In this document: positions 41,747-56,588 of the stretch, piece after piece
Numbering within the stretch: position 1 is the stretch's first letter
How the letters are laid out: each line of letters opens with the position of its first letter
Assembly: GCA_951406725.2 (NCBI GenBank)
Contig: OX597815.1
Location: 37,820,001 to 37,884,000, forward strand
Reading direction: 5' to 3'
DNA length: 64,000 nt
Source of the DNA: Octopus vulgaris
Lineage: Eukaryota
The notes under the pieces: generated by a model
What the model was told of the DNA's origin: nothing
Seen by the model: the letters and a program-made list of their open reading frames with translations, nothing else
Database searches by the model: none
Position numbers and translations under genes: made by a program

Positions 41747-42412
41747 CTAGCATTATGACCCGTCTTTGCCGGGTCAAAGTGCTAGTGCATGTATATATGT
41801 GTATATATATGTGTACATATTACATGTACATATATATATATATACATCTACACATAAAATACAAAATACAAAGTTATATCTTGATATCGCTAGTGATAAC
41901 AATACTGAAAATATATAACAGACTGGAATTGTAGGACTATTCCATTTCTGCACGCTAATTTTATTTTTAATTTATTCCCATTTGTATGAAACCACTTATT
42001 CAAGTTCAAATCCTTGATGCAATTTTATACCAATTGCTATTTTTACTTTTGTTATGTTACGATTATATTATACTTTAGTTTGATTTTAATTATTACTTAC
42101 TACATATAATTCAATTGTTATTATTATTTTTATTGTTAACGTGAAAGTATCCGACATAAAATAGAGAAATATTTTTGTTTCACTTTTAACACGTAATACT
42201 AAAATAGTGGAGAAGATACGATATTGCTGTGGGCTCGCACTAGGCAAGAAATTGAACATTTTTTTGACCATGAAACTACATGGACCCTAAGTAAGGCATG
42301 TGTAAAATTTGAATGTAATTGGTTGTGTAGTTCTCAAGTTTTAAGGAAACACACAGACAGACAGACAGACAGACAGACACACACACACACATTCTCAGTT
42401 TTATATATAGAG
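41747..42412 (-). mobile_element. Probable non-autonomous Helitron
   Basis: A|CTAGCATTATGACCCG..CGGGTCA hairpin at left; (GACA)n then TTTTATATATAGAGA at right. Confidence 0.65.
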
Positions 42413-42886
42413 AGATATGCATATACGCACACACATACATACACACAAACACACACACACACATACACACACATATATTACTAGCCAGTACCCGGAAAAT
42501 TAGTAAGACTTAGAAATGTCCTAAAACTGTTCTCGAAAATTTGTACTTTGAACGTAAGATGAGATTGTTTTCCAAAACGTGGATAGTGATCCAGTGCTTA
42601 TTACACTGCTATTGCTAAGCACCTAAATATTACTTGTAAAATTTCGTAGTTTAATTTAATTTTTTTTATGTAAATTTAACTTTGTAAATGACTGAAACTT
42701 ACTTGAAAGTAAATAGATTGCAGTCCGGAGGAAACAAATCCTTTCAGAAACACCCAAACATCGTTAACTTCATTTAATCCGAACTTTGTGTGTTTCTGAA
42801 TGACTTTCTTGCTTTTTCCATGTTTGATTAGTCTTATTTACGGAAATAACTGACTGAATCATAAAACAAAGGATTAAGTCAATGTA

Positions 42887-43444
42887 TTGCGTTGTCTGCA
42901 AAGTTCGTGCCGATTCTTACAGGAAATAAAAAGGTCAATAAATATTTGACATTAAATTTTTTATAAACCAAATATGAACCATTGTTTTGCACAATGCGCC
43001 TCCTTTAACTTGAAAATACCCTCTTCCCAGAATTGAGGTGGATTCATGGCAAAGAATTCATCAAGGTATCTTTTTATGTCATTCAAGCAATTAAAATTTT
43101 TACCATTAAGTTTATTCTGCAAAGACCTGAATAAGTGGAAATCCAAAGGAGCAATATTTGGTGAATATGGAGAATGGGGTAACACATCCCAGTCGAGCTG
43201 CAGCAATTTTTGTTTGGTTCCCAAAGCATCAAGTGCCGAAAATGAACTTTCTTATCTTCCATTTAAAGGGGTTACAAAATTAACACAGTTTATAGGAACA
43301 TAAACCTTCTTCTACGTAAGGATAGCTTAAACTGTGCTCTAAATGAAGGTGTAGTCAAATCCTATTTTATGGACTCAAACATGTTCTAAAATATGTCGAA
43401 ATGTAAGCTACTATAAATCGGAACGAACTTTCTGGACAACCCAA
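42887..43444 (-). mobile_element. Internally deleted mariner element
   Basis: TIRs TA|TTGCGTTGTCTGCAAAGTTCGT and ACGAACTTTCTGGACAACCCAA|TA; peptide LDWDVLPHSPYSPNIAPLDFHLFRSLQN (YSPDL-type motif). Confidence 0.9.
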
Positions 43445-44227
43445 TAAAAACAATTGTATTTTATTTGAACCTATTACTGAACATGTCCTGCAAGCACTTT
43501 GATTATAAAAATAATTTGGGAAGTGCTCAAATGCAGTGGTTCTCAGAATAAAGGAATTGTAATATATGTGGCAGTAAAGAAATGATCTGATTTGCAATTG
43601 ACTCCTTCATCTTATATCATATTAGACATCTATTCTTCATAGTCACTGCAAATCTAGGTACATAAGATTTAACGGGTCCTCGAACACTTAAATCCCCTTC
43701 TTAATCTGGCGATTTTCCAAGCAAATCTAAGATGTAGTTCAGTGGCATTCGTTGATTGACTTGCTGAAACTTACCTGCTTTAGAAATTGAATTTGCTATT
43801 ATATTAGAAATGTACGTCTATGGGTACGAATGAAATTTTGGATATAATTGCAGCTTCATCCTCGCACGCAGAGAAATTAATATCCTTGGTAACGTGTTGC
43901 ATAAACTTTTTAACTATTTGGCTCGGGCTAATTAAAAATTGTGATGGACCTGAATTATTCAGCAGCATTATTTTTAAACTGAAATCAGTGAGGTGCTAAA
44001 GATCCAATAAACATTAACATTCAGAAGAATTTGCAACAGCTGCTATTCGCTGCTGTAATTACCTGCAATGGCTGCTAGCTGATAGTGTAGACACAAACAT
44101 TCTTTGCCGTACGTCGTTAACTTTATTTATGATGCTGTAGTTTTAGAAAGAGCTCCGATATTAATTCCACTGTTGTCTTAACCTCTTCGCTAACGGGGGC
44201 AAAGTTCACATCACCGTTACTGCCAGA

Positions 44228-44355
44228 AGAAAATCTACTCTATCTAATAATTCATTGGCAAAAATCTACTCTAAGAATTTATTGGCAAAAATCAACTCTA
44301 TCTAAGAATTTATTGGCAAAAATCTACTCTATCTACGAGTTTATTGGCAAAAATG
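44228..44355. repeat. Minisatellite, about 4 copies of a 26-30 bp unit
   Basis: AAAATCTACTCTATCTAAGAATTTATTGGCA repeated with variation. Confidence 0.85.
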
Positions 44356-46398
44356 GCTTGGCTGCTGATATGTTTACAGACGATTTGGAGATTTAAGGAT
44401 TGGCCAAAAGTAATTAAGTTTCAAAAGAAGTATGGTCTTCGCTGGATTTTATTCTTTTTAGAATCACTGAAGAGCTTGACACGTCACTTTCCAGTACAAC
44501 TGCTGCTCTCCTCGTCAGAAATCTATTACTATGCAAACTCTGCGATTTTCTCTAGGGAATACATAATCCTCTTGGTTACTGTTGACAATTATTCTCAGAC
44601 ATTCGTTTTCCATTTCTTATGATTTCCGAAATGTTAGCAATGCTGCACCAGATGCGCCACATGTGCTCAAATAAAAAGGGTTTGAAAGCAAAATGAGTCG
44701 TGTCTGCAAAATGTGAAGAAAGTTATATAATCTCTGCCTTTGTAGTGAGGGATTTTGACAAGCTGTAAACTGAGAGTGTTTACCTTAAACACCGAAGAAG
44801 CAAATTCTAGTTTTATATTACCGAACCCTATTATAAATAGCAAAATAGACTGTCCTTTATTCTACGGTGAGTATGGATTCAGTGTCATAGACATATATAT
44901 TTCAAGTTGTCATCAGTATATGATGTTACTTTCTTTTACATGGTAATTGACTTCTAAGAAGTTAGATTGTGAGAAGCCCTATGCTTGCTGTTCTTGACTA
45001 TTCATATCCTTGAGCTGTATAAATTATATCTATGCTAGAATATATCTGTTGACTTTAATTCTTGAAACCTTTGGAGAGGTCATGATTCTTGGGCCGAAAC
45101 TGAAGTGTATTGGATGGTTCACGAATCATAAAAGAACTTTCAAATGCAGATTCTGGCAATGTTACATTTTCGTGTAATGTAAATCTAAATAATCTCTCTC
45201 TAGAGTTGGTACAAAAATTTCTATTGACTATTCAAAGGTCGTGAGGTGAATCTGAACCTCTTTCTTTATAGAGAAGCCATAGAAGGAAACATTCATGTTA
45301 ACTGTATGTGGAGTATACTGACTTTCGATGGCCTTGACAAAACTTATGGTAAATTGACCATAAGTACCTTTGTTTCTTCATTTCCGTTGGTTGTTTATAT
45401 ATATTTACATGACAGGAAAAGGCTGTAAAAGTTATGATCCTTGAACTTTGAAGTTGCCGAGTAGCAATTGCTTGCATAAAATAAATCCGTTGACCATTTC
45501 CGAATAAGCAGTAAGTTGTTAAATGCCAATGTCTTTTCATGAAGGGAGACATTAAAAGACACCAAGAAATCTCATTGCTATTGATTTATCGTGCTTGCTG
45601 GAATTAGCTAACTTCAAAACAGCTGATTTCCTTCTTTAGAGAGAACATTTCAGTTTCAGATCCGTTAACGACATTTTTAGATACATTTAGTGATCTTTAG
45701 TGAATAACACAATGCAAAATGGAAGTGTACATTAAATGATATGGACAGAAGTGGGCAGCATAGAACTATCAATATTTTGTTATTTTTATGCTACCTAACC
45801 GAATTTTGGAAGCCTCTATATTCTGCCTTCGATGTAGAGTGAATTGTGATTAATATCACTATAGGAACCTGAACCATCACGATTCTAACAATGTTGAATT
45901 GCACGTTCGCACTTCGAGGATCTGAGAGCTCTGAAGATATTATGGAATCACTTTGCTTGGCGGTAATCAAATTAGTTAATCAGTAAGTTGTTCAAGTATT
46001 AATCTCACAGTTCCGTGGCATGCTTTGGTAATAAATATACGATTTATAGCAAATTATAACATCAAAGTTTACAATTGGTTGGCAACAACATTTACATTTG
46101 TATACGCAAAATACGTCTCGCACAAATTAAAGTCGGTTGATACGACATACATAACCGATTAATTGAAAGTAAGTTCACATTAGCTAAGTCTGTTTTCGAA
46201 ATAATTACTTTGCTGCACACACATACATTAAAGAGGGAGAGTGATGCAGATAAACACAATTAAGCTTGATATACATTAATATACATATATGAGCATGGTT
46301 ATATATAGAGAGATATATATAAATACAAATAGCTACATATTTATATATACAGACAAGTAAATTTATATTAATACGGAATATAACACATACATACACAA

Positions 46399-46430
<32 letters not shown>

Positions 46431-46440
46431 ACAAAACATA

Positions 46441-47072
46441 CTAGTGGGATCGTGAAAATTCCGCAGAACGAAAAATATTAAGAGAAAGATTTAAAAAAGA
46501 AAGGTTGATTTGCATATTTTGATATTATTTTTCTAAGTATCACACTCCCAGTCAAAATAATATATTACATTTTTAAAATTTCCCTCTACATTTCTCTATT
46601 TTTCTCTACCTCTTCAAGAAACATTTTAACCATGTAATTCCCGTCTTCAGTTCTCTCCTTCTCTTCACCTCCCACTTCCACTAACTCTCTCTCTCTCTAT
46701 CTCTTTCTTAATGTAACTGCCTCCTCACCACCAGAACATTAGCCTCTGCTAAATATTGTATCCTAAACATATCTCTTTCTCTTTCTCTTTCTCTCCCCAC
46801 CTTACAGCACGTTGTTAACAGTTCTCTGTCCCTCTTTTCTCTCACTGTCTTTTTAACTCGATCTTCGGCTCTGCCTTCAACTACCCACGTGACGCATTTG
46901 GCTTTATTATACCGCTTTCTCTATTTCATTTAATTTTTCTCTACTTACACTACTCCCCTCCCCATCTCTCTCTCTCTCTCACACTTTTACTCCACTTCTC
47001 ACTCACTTCATCTCCATCTCTCTAACTAATTGAAGTATAAAGAGCGAATGATTGAGCAGATTATTATATAGA
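46441..47072 (-). mobile_element. Possible non-autonomous Helitron
   Basis: A|CTAG left end and GATTATTATATAGA right end; hairpin weak. Confidence 0.4.
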
Positions 47073-47807
47073 GTAGCTGGCCCCGGTGCCGTCAAAAATA
47101 ATGGCTAATTGTATTTTTATATAGAAAGGGTACAAAAAGGTGAAAAACAAAACAAACAGTGCTTCACCTCTGTGTAACTATGTGTGCGTGTGTGTGTGTA
47201 TGTGTGCGTGCACGCGCGTGCGCATGTGCATATGTATACATTTATGTGTATAAGAAGCACAGTCTGTAGCGGACGCGGTTTTCTATATTTTATCACAGCC
47301 CGCTTCCTTCCATTTTAAGTGTGTGAATGTGCGTGTGTCTGTGATTCTATTTTTTATGTATCTTTCTAAATAAACATACACACATATCCACTCACTCAAA
47401 TACATAAATAAATTTTACACACACACACACACATGCACACACACAATCATTCACTTCCCTAGCCTTTACATGCACACACATATACTCACACAGAACTCTA
47501 ACAAGTTCTGTTAGATTTTTGTTTCACCGTTGAATTTTCACCTCCCCATTTCCATCTGTGGATCACCCCTTCCTTTCTCATTCTTAGGATATGAAGAAGA
47601 AATACACGAGAGTATTATTATAGAAGATTATTATTGTAGAAGATACACGACGCACTCATTACTACTTCCTCTCTGTCATTGCTATTCCTTTCTATTACTT
47701 CCTCTCCCTTCTCCGTGATTTTGGACAAATATATATATACACAAATACATAAAAAAACATTACGCTCATTATCGTATTCGATGTATGTATGCGTATATAT
47801 GTGTGTG

Positions 47808-47884
<77 letters not shown>

Positions 47885-48090
47885 GAAAAATACAAACTGG
47901 GACAAGAACGTAAAACATTTAGAAGATGATATATATATTTATAATTGAGATTCAACTGAATTAGGTACTTAAGTTGAAGCACCAATTTGTTGTATTGATT
48001 GCATTGTTCAATTAAAGGGAGCCATTTGAAACCGCCGTTGTGCAGGACTACTTGCTTGATATCCTGTTGTTTATTGATTATATATGTATA

Positions 48091-48143
<53 letters not shown>

Positions 48144-48327
48144 ATATAATATGTGACAATTATTCGGTAGCCATGATAAAACTCCGAGTTTCAGATGTCG
48201 GGGCAGAAACTTGGGATTTTATCATAGCTACCGAATAATTGTCACATATTATATTTACAGATAATTTCCTCTATTTATCTATATTATCGAGGTATCTTTC
48301 ATTCGTTTGTTGTCTTGTCATTTCTAT

Positions 48328-48365
<38 letters not shown>

Positions 48366-49214
48366 TTTTATCCACTAATTCTGACTTAAAATTAAGTACT
48401 GGCATGTTTTATGATTACTGAGTAAACGTGTAGAAGATTCTTCTTGTGTACTCATTCTCTCCCGTGAGATTTCGAATATAGGATATACATACTAAACATT
48501 CATATATATTCTATGAGTATAGAAAGGTAGAAAGAGAGAGAAAGAGAGAGAGAGAGAGAGACAGACAGACATACAGAGAGACAAGGAAACAAAACGAGAG
48601 AGAGAGAGAGAGCTAGAGAATTAGAGAGAGGGATGGTAATGGGGAAAGAGAGTAAGTTAAAAAGAGTCGTGAAAGAGAAAAAAAGAACATTCTCATGTAA
48701 TAATATTTAAGTAGGTACATGAATTATTCCAAGTGTAGAAATCAACACAGCTTTTATCATATCCAACCTTTGCTTCAAAACAAATTGACAAAAATTGCTT
48801 CCAGTATTCAGAAATTATGCTTATAAATGATGTGGCATATTTTCAAAGTGGAATGGATCTGCTTCAATGTTCATAATGTTAACCTTCCTTCCAGGCAATA
48901 TCATCTCTAATTTTCTGTACTCTGTATTAATTCATGCTTCAACATTGTTAATAAAGTATTCGAAACCAATTACCGTAAAACTGTGTTATGTTTTCATCAG
49001 GTTTCAAAAATTCTTTATATGCAGTTTCTTCATTACTCAAAAATATTGCAACGATTGTTTTCATTCTTACCCTAATAGTATTCTTAAGTTCATTACTTCA
49101 TTAACGGATCAGTCTCGCGTTAATTTCTATAGTAGCTGTACCAAAAAAATTCCCTGAGGTAATTTCATCTGTCTATGGTATCTATATTTGAAAGTCGTTG
49201 AAGGAGTTCTTTTA

Positions 49215-49480
49215 TTCTTTTATTCTTTTACTTGTTTCTCTCATTTGACAGCGGCCATCCTGGAGCACCGCATTAACCGCCTTTTTAGTCGAAGAGATCG
49301 ATCTCAGGACTTATTTTTTGTAAGCCTGGTACCTATTCCATCGGTCTGTTCTGCTGAACCTTTAAGTTAAGCAGACATAAACACAGACACAAAGGTTCTT
49401 TTTCTATAGCCTTGGGCTGACGAAATCTTTGTGATTGGACTTGATAGACAGATACTGAAAGTAGCCCGTCGTTTATATAT
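49215..49480 (-). mobile_element. Diverged SINE (family of 25572)
   Basis: TTTTACTTGTTTC..TCATTTGACAGCGGCCATCCTGGAGCACCGC tail on minus strand. Confidence 0.7.
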
Positions 49481-51889
49481 ATATAATAACTGTATATAAT
49501 GTATTTCATAATGATATTTATTCTCCGATTTGAAGCGATGATTTTTAAATATAAACAAATGGCCGAAAAATGATGAGCTAACCTCAGGCTGAATCAAACT
49601 CACAAATCGACGCTTCCATGGCTCCTTGCGAATCTGATTGGCCAAAGGATCACCCATCAGTTTCAGTCAAATTTAGTTAATATATACTTAAACACTCTTG
49701 ATACTATGTGAATATATATTTCCATCTATTTCCGTCTAAATGCACGCACACACGCACACATATATCTATATGTGCGCCCGGTGCGCACAACCCTTCGGAT
49801 TCCACAGTGCTTGATCTATGCGTACTATGACTGAACCTGGAACCATGTGGTTGGGAACAGCTGCAATATTGAAAACCTACCTCAAATTTCATTCACATTC
49901 CGTGCTGTTAAAATGAGCTACGCTAATACAATTGATTCTATTCAGTCGACTAAAATTGCAAACATTCGCCTTGAGCCTATGTCGAAAAGTGAGTATTTTC
50001 CAGATCAATAATGATATATAATATCTGCTAATCAATTTCTCTTCTATTTAACTAAAGAAGATGCTAGAAAATTTAATTAAATTTTCTCAGAAAAGGTGGG
50101 TACGCATTTGTTCCCCTCTGCACCATGCTCGTAAAATATATCAAATATTTCACATCGTAAATCAACAGTCAATTTTATCACAGCCAACATATTTTGAATA
50201 TCTGTTTCTTTCATTTTTTTTCTAATAGCGAAATATGAAAAGCTTTTATAAAAAAATGAAACTTAATTGTAAACAAGCAGCTGAAAACACGTACTGTAGT
50301 AGCTACAAGAGGAATATAAATCAAAACATATAGCAACGAATTCGATGTGACAACAGATTTATTGGAAATCTTTTTCTACTGAGCATAAACAAACAATTAA
50401 TTTTCTGTAATAATAAGGAATTTGTGAAAGTATCTGAGAAATATTTTAACAAATGAAACAAACGACATTATTACAAGTAATCATTTCACTAAAATGAAGA
50501 ATTTCAATCATCAGCACGAAAAATAAAGCGTATCAGTGAATAGCTTGAAGATATTTTGAATAATTAGGCAATTATTTTCTGATTAAATATATTAATGACA
50601 TGCCTTTGGCTACGCAAATACAATTCTAGTTACCTTAATTACTGCGATAAAAGGTATCACTTAAAATAATTTCGATTATACCCAAACGAATCATTTCTTT
50701 CACATCCTACATATAAAGAAATACACAGACATACACACACATGCACAGACATGCACACACAGGCACACACAAACACACACATATATATGTGTGTGTACAT
50801 ACATACATGTCTTCAGTAAAACTGCTATGCGTATGTTATACTTGAAATTTTATTGTTAATGGATAGTTGAATGTCTCTCATCAGTATAAGATTTTCTTTC
50901 AATGTATAATAAATCTGTTAATTGTGACATAACCTAATTTAACCACTTGGTGACTATAATTCCTCAACAAATATCAATGGAAGTGTCCGCAATAATTCAC
51001 CAAATCCGATCTTTGCGTCAAAATTCCAAAAGCCTGTGTCAGGAGGTTATACTTCTCAGGAAAAGAAAGTTGACATCTTTCGGAATCTTTAATATAGAGG
51101 GATGGATGTCGGCTCTTTAATAATCGTTTTCTTATAACCATTCATATTACTATCGTTTGAAGTTCAGATATATTTGTAGAGTTAGAAAATAAGTTGCTTT
51201 TCTGAATTCCCGACAAATATATATATCGTACATTCAGTAATCTCTACATAACTTTTAATTCCCTGCCTATGTCACGTGGTAGATTAACTCAATAGGCTAA
51301 TTCTTTAGAAAGACACGACACAAACCGCTAATAGGGGAAATATTAGGGGCATACTTCTGCGTGTTTGTAGCTGATTTTTTTTTTGTTTACTCTGTCACTA
51401 GAAGCAGCAATTGTGTACAACTTAAGGTTTAGAAACAGACGTTTACATCATAAAGAGGCCTGTACAATATTGTATTTTGTTTCCTATATTTAGCTTTATG
51501 ATTGTTAGTGTAATATATTCGCTTTAAAGCTAGTCCCTTTACATGCATCATTATATTAACGAGTAGCAGGATTAAATGATATATCGTTATTGGATAAAGT
51601 TGATATGTCTTTGCCAAAATTGTTAACTACGTATATTTTATCATTGCTGATGGGAGTTTGTAATTAATATCAATATACTATAATTTCCCTTCGTTTACCG
51701 TAAGTGAACAATTAAACCGTCCATACAGTAAGATTCATGTTGATGAACACCTTTGTAACAGTATTCATATGTAACTATACATATTTCACAAAGGAAGTAA
51801 TCCATTATCGCGATAGAGAGCGAACTTGGCCGAATAGAAACATTTCAGCAATAAGACCAAGATGTAATATCATATCAATCGAAATTTTT

Positions 51890-52064
51890 CATCATTTATA
51901 TTATTTACATTCAACGGATATTTTTCCTCATCTTGTTTGCTTTTAACACAATGTTTCGGCTGATATACCCTCCAGCCTTTTTCAGGTGTCTTAGAGAAAT
52001 TTCGAACCTGGGTTCTCATTCCTAAGGTATTTTTTCAATGTTATTGTTGTTGTTGTTGTTGTTG

Positions 52065-52135
<71 letters not shown>

Positions 52136-53066
52136 ATTATTATTATTATTATTATATTCGTGATACCTTTATACGCTGGCCCTACCAAGAAGATGCCCAA
52201 GTGCTATTAGATCATGTCAACTCAATAAAGCCATCCATACATTTCAAAATGGAAAAGGAAAAAGACAATCAGCTGGCATTCCTGGACGTATTAATAACAT
52301 GCACCAAGTATGGATTGAAGACATCCGTATACGGCAAACCGTCCTTTACTGGACGATACCTCAACTTCAATTCCCACCATGCATACAGTCTAAAGAGAGG
52401 GATTACTCAGTGCCTAAAACATCGTGCAAAAATATAGGTAGCGATCGTGATACACACCACGAAGAAATGATGAAGCTCAACGATTTGTTAAGCACCAACT
52501 ACACCAAAAGTGTACTATCCTCTCTGATTGTGAAGAAGAGAGAGGCTGAGACCATTAAACTGTCCACAGTCTGTCTACTCTATGTGAAAGGCCTCTCCGA
52601 AAAGATACAAAGATATGCGGCCTATATGACATCAGGACAGTATTCAAGAGTAATACAACACTTCGGAAATATCTCCTTCAGGTAAAACAACTGATAGAAG
52701 AGAATATGACCAAAGACTGCGAGCACTCCATCCCAAGCAGCTGAGGTAGGTTATACAAAGGCGAAACATTCCGCCCCCTCAAAATAAGGATAGACGAACA
52801 TAGCAAAGCTGTGACACGAGGAGATATTGATCAAACGGGTATAGCTGATCATGTGTGGAAAAATGGAGACCACCTCCACGTGTGGGATGAAGTTAAAATA
52901 ATAGACAAAGAACACAAGTGGAAAATACGAAAACTAAAAGAAGCAGCTCATATGCTAGGACACAGCTGCCTCCTAATCAGACCGAGTGCAGATATGAGCA
53001 GCATATGGGAACCGGTATTAAGGAAGGATAGGAAAATATTAGATTTATAAGCCTTAAAATTCACTC

Positions 53067-53140
<74 letters not shown>

Positions 53141-53300
53141 CAACAACAACATCAAAAAATACCTTATGAATGAGAACCCAGGTTCGAAGTTTCTCCACGA
53201 CACCTGAAACAGGCTGGAGGGTATATCAACAGAAACATGTGTTAAAAACAAACAAGATGAAGAAAAATATCCGTTGAATGTAAATAATATGAATAATGTA
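51890..53300 (+). mobile_element. 5'-truncated Penelope-like retroelement with inverted pseudo-LTRs
   Basis: RT C-terminus (FKMEKEKDNQLAFLDVLI...GRYLNFNSHH) and GIY-YIG remnant (LYKGET...GIADHVW...RKLKEA); 51890-52150 is the inverted copy of 53065-53300 including (ATT)n. Confidence 0.9.
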
Positions 53301-54299
53301 AATAAGGCACATGATTCCTCATCTCTTGAATATAAAACTGCATTATCTAACATTTTCAGTTTTATCGAACGATTTCCATAGCTAATTTAAAGAACTTAAC
53401 TCTATAAAAATATTTGCAAATTAATAAACATTTCCTAGCGTCTATAGTAATACACATAACAGAATCCCTCATTGGAATAAAACTTACCGATTTCTAAAGC
53501 TTTTTCATGCGATACTTAGTTATAAATTAATAACACTCTATTATTTCAAACTATAAATTTAGAAATAAATGTGGTTATTATCCATGTTTCTGAACGATTT
53601 GATAATTAATAAAAAATTATTTTTCTACGCAGATAAGTGAATTGTCTAACGTTAAAAATGAAGCAATCTAAAATAATTTAATGGTCTCATTACTTCCAAT
53701 TTTGCTTGGATATCATTTATTTACATTACATTTAGCGTTGGCAAGAAAATGATTTAAATAGTCATTAGAAGATAATTATGGTTCATTTAACAGCAAAGTA
53801 TCTACAGTATTGTCTATTTTCAGATTACTATATGTTTTGCATTGAAATTAGTAACATAATAAGAGCCAGAGTTGTTTTTCTTGTAGGCATTGTTGGTATC
53901 GATGGGCAGTTGCCTTTGATAAGTGTAAATACCAGTTTCGTACTTATTTTGGTACATATCTGTCAAACGAGATTTTGTTAACTTTGCGTAAAATGACTTG
54001 ACAATTGTTGGAGTGCAATCAATATCAAATACTCTTCCTCAATATTGTACGCATAAAAATAGACACAAACTTCAAAACTTACACTCTCGAGAATCTGTCA
54101 ATTCTTACTATTTACGTTTAACCTATTTACAAAAAATAGAATCAGACATTTCGATTTTTGATACTTGAAATAAAAGACTTCAAAAATCAAGAGTTCTGCT
54201 TTTCTAAAGTATCCAACAATAGTTTTTTTTATAACGGAATAGAAAATGCTAAAGCAACAGACATTCAACAAATTCAAATACATCAAAAACTTAGCCTTA

Positions 54300-54800
54300 T
54301 ATCACACTACACAACTTAAAAATTATAGAAACATACATTATTCCGCATAATATTTTATTGAAGCAAGTTCCAAGAAACATTTTCGTCCCCACAAAAAAAA
54401 AAAAAAAAAAAAGAATGAACTACACAAAATTCTCAAAAGTAATAGACATTAAAATGTCACTATAAACAACACCAGATGTAAAAACAGTTTTCATCCACAC
54501 TGCAGAACCGGCATCAACATTATAGAAGGCATATCTTATAAATTTGAATCAGAACATTTACCATAAAATAAAGCACTGCGCCTGTTCCTGAAGAATATCA
54601 GTTATGCTATTAAATGTAACGATTGTAACATAAGACATGCGAATATTTTCCTATCTATTGACAAGAAATATCAAATCCTAATACCAGGTAGATTCCACTA
54701 ATTGAAGAGTTCAAACGCCGGCATATAAACGTATACAAACCACTCTTTTGACCTCATATCAAAACACAGATATTTTCTCTACTGTAGTTTACATTCTCTA
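54300..54800 (+). mobile_element. Decayed Penelope-like GIY-YIG remnant
   Basis: KNISYAIKCNDCN (~54590) resembles ENLIYTLTCSGCQ of the element at 62200; boundaries uncertain. Confidence 0.35.
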
Positions 54801-55345
54801 TATACCAATAAATAGATCACATTATGGACAAATATTGTAAGCTATTTCTGTATATTTGCTATTCTGACGAATTATTGTCTATGCTATTGCATAGGAAACT
54901 CATTGGATTACCACAGCCATGACATTGATACAGTTAACGTCCACGCATTCATTGATCAAATACGCACACATAACGCACAATCGTTACCTTGTTGTCATTT
55001 GATACATTCACCTCTCTAATACAACTTTAACTTTCGGTACATATATCACACAAAGAGTCATATGAACCTCTAGTTTTAGAGTCCACTTCAATTTAATCAA
55101 AATGTACTTCAACTGATGGCACATTTGAGATAGAATCTCTCCACAGAACGGTTTAAATTTCAGAACTTCAATCTTAGTCGAGACTATTACGGCATAGCTC
55201 CCGCTTATTCCAACTCACAGTAGTTTTGATAATTACAAAATTGTGACTACGATTATGACAATGTAAATTACCTTCTTAATAGTCTCCAAGTTAATTTTCA
55301 AACTCTCTTTTTATGATACTTCGACTCGTGTGGCAAATGCTATTT

Positions 55346-55384
<39 letters not shown>

Positions 55385-55385
<1 letters not shown>

Positions 55386-55751
55386 TAGCAGTATCGCCCG
55401 GCGTTGCTCAGGTTTGTAAGGGAAATAACTATAAAGCATTTTTAGAGAGTTATAGCCAAAAAATAGCAAAAAAATGGAAAAAAATGATGGTAAATTTTTT
55501 TTGAGATTTAAAAAAGGTGGAGTTGCGTCCCCTAGACAGTTTTTGGTTTGTGTTTCTGATTCTCGACCCCATGTCGAATTTATCGATTTTTTTCAGAACT
55601 GGGGGAACTTTTCAAAATTTTCGCTGCGTTAGTTTTGAATTATGACATTGGGCTATGTGTGTGTCAAGTTTCATCAGAATCGGTTGAAAGCCGTGGTCAG
55701 GGTGAGGGTACAAGCAAACAGACACACAGAAACACGCACAGACAAACTGCC

Positions 55752-55765
<14 letters not shown>
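55385..55765 (-). mobile_element. Non-autonomous Helitron
   Basis: A|CTAGCAGTATCGCCCGGCGTTGCTCAGGTTTGTAAGGGAAATAACTATA is the near-exact reverse complement of the 3586-3980 3' end; 5' part differs. Confidence 0.85.
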
Positions 55766-55791
<26 letters not shown>

Positions 55792-56492
55792 GTACATGCA
55801 TATTCAGCATATTCAGATTATAATAGAAGATAACATACATAGATAATATGACTGATATGCCCTAAATTCCCAGTTTGCAAAATGCGTGAATATATCATAT
55901 ATCTCAATATCTAAGAAATTGCATAATATATTACGTTGATCTCTTAAATGTTCATTAGTTCATTGTTTTACGAATATTTTGTTTTCGATAAATTAAATTT
56001 GTCTTTACCTTACTGAATATGACCGTCATGTATTAAGCCTGTGTCTCTATTCAATGACAATTACCATGTACAAAAAGCAGTTAGTGAATGTTGTTCTCTT
56101 GTTATGGTTTAGTTCGTTTAAAAAATCTAGTTATGCTGTTCAATGTCGATTTTTAAAAGATGCTGATGTATATATATATATATATATATATATGTATGAA
56201 TATATATATATATATATAATTAATTAATAAGGGTGAGAGAATTAGATACTAATTTAATAGTATATCTATTCAACACCAAGTGGCCTAGTGCTACGAGAAA
56301 CCTGGATTATTATAATATTTTATAACATATTATAATATTTTTACAAAATAAATATAAGAGAGTGGTCACTATATGGCTCACTCTAGCACCAGTTAATCCA
56401 AAAGGTTTCAACCACGAAAATACATGTTTCCCATGAAAGTCAGTACGATTGTTAGTTCACACGGACAGGGCAAATAAAAAATAACAAAAATA

Positions 56493-56588
56493 CAGATTAT
56501 TTTGGGACAATTGTTTCGCTATTAATGAATTAAATGTAATTTTACTTACAAAAAAATCCATTTGTAGCTCGTCAGCCAAAACTATCTG
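56493..56588 (-). ncRNA. Type I hammerhead ribozyme (inverted copy 1)
   Basis: Reverse complement of the motif at 57272. Confidence 0.88.
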
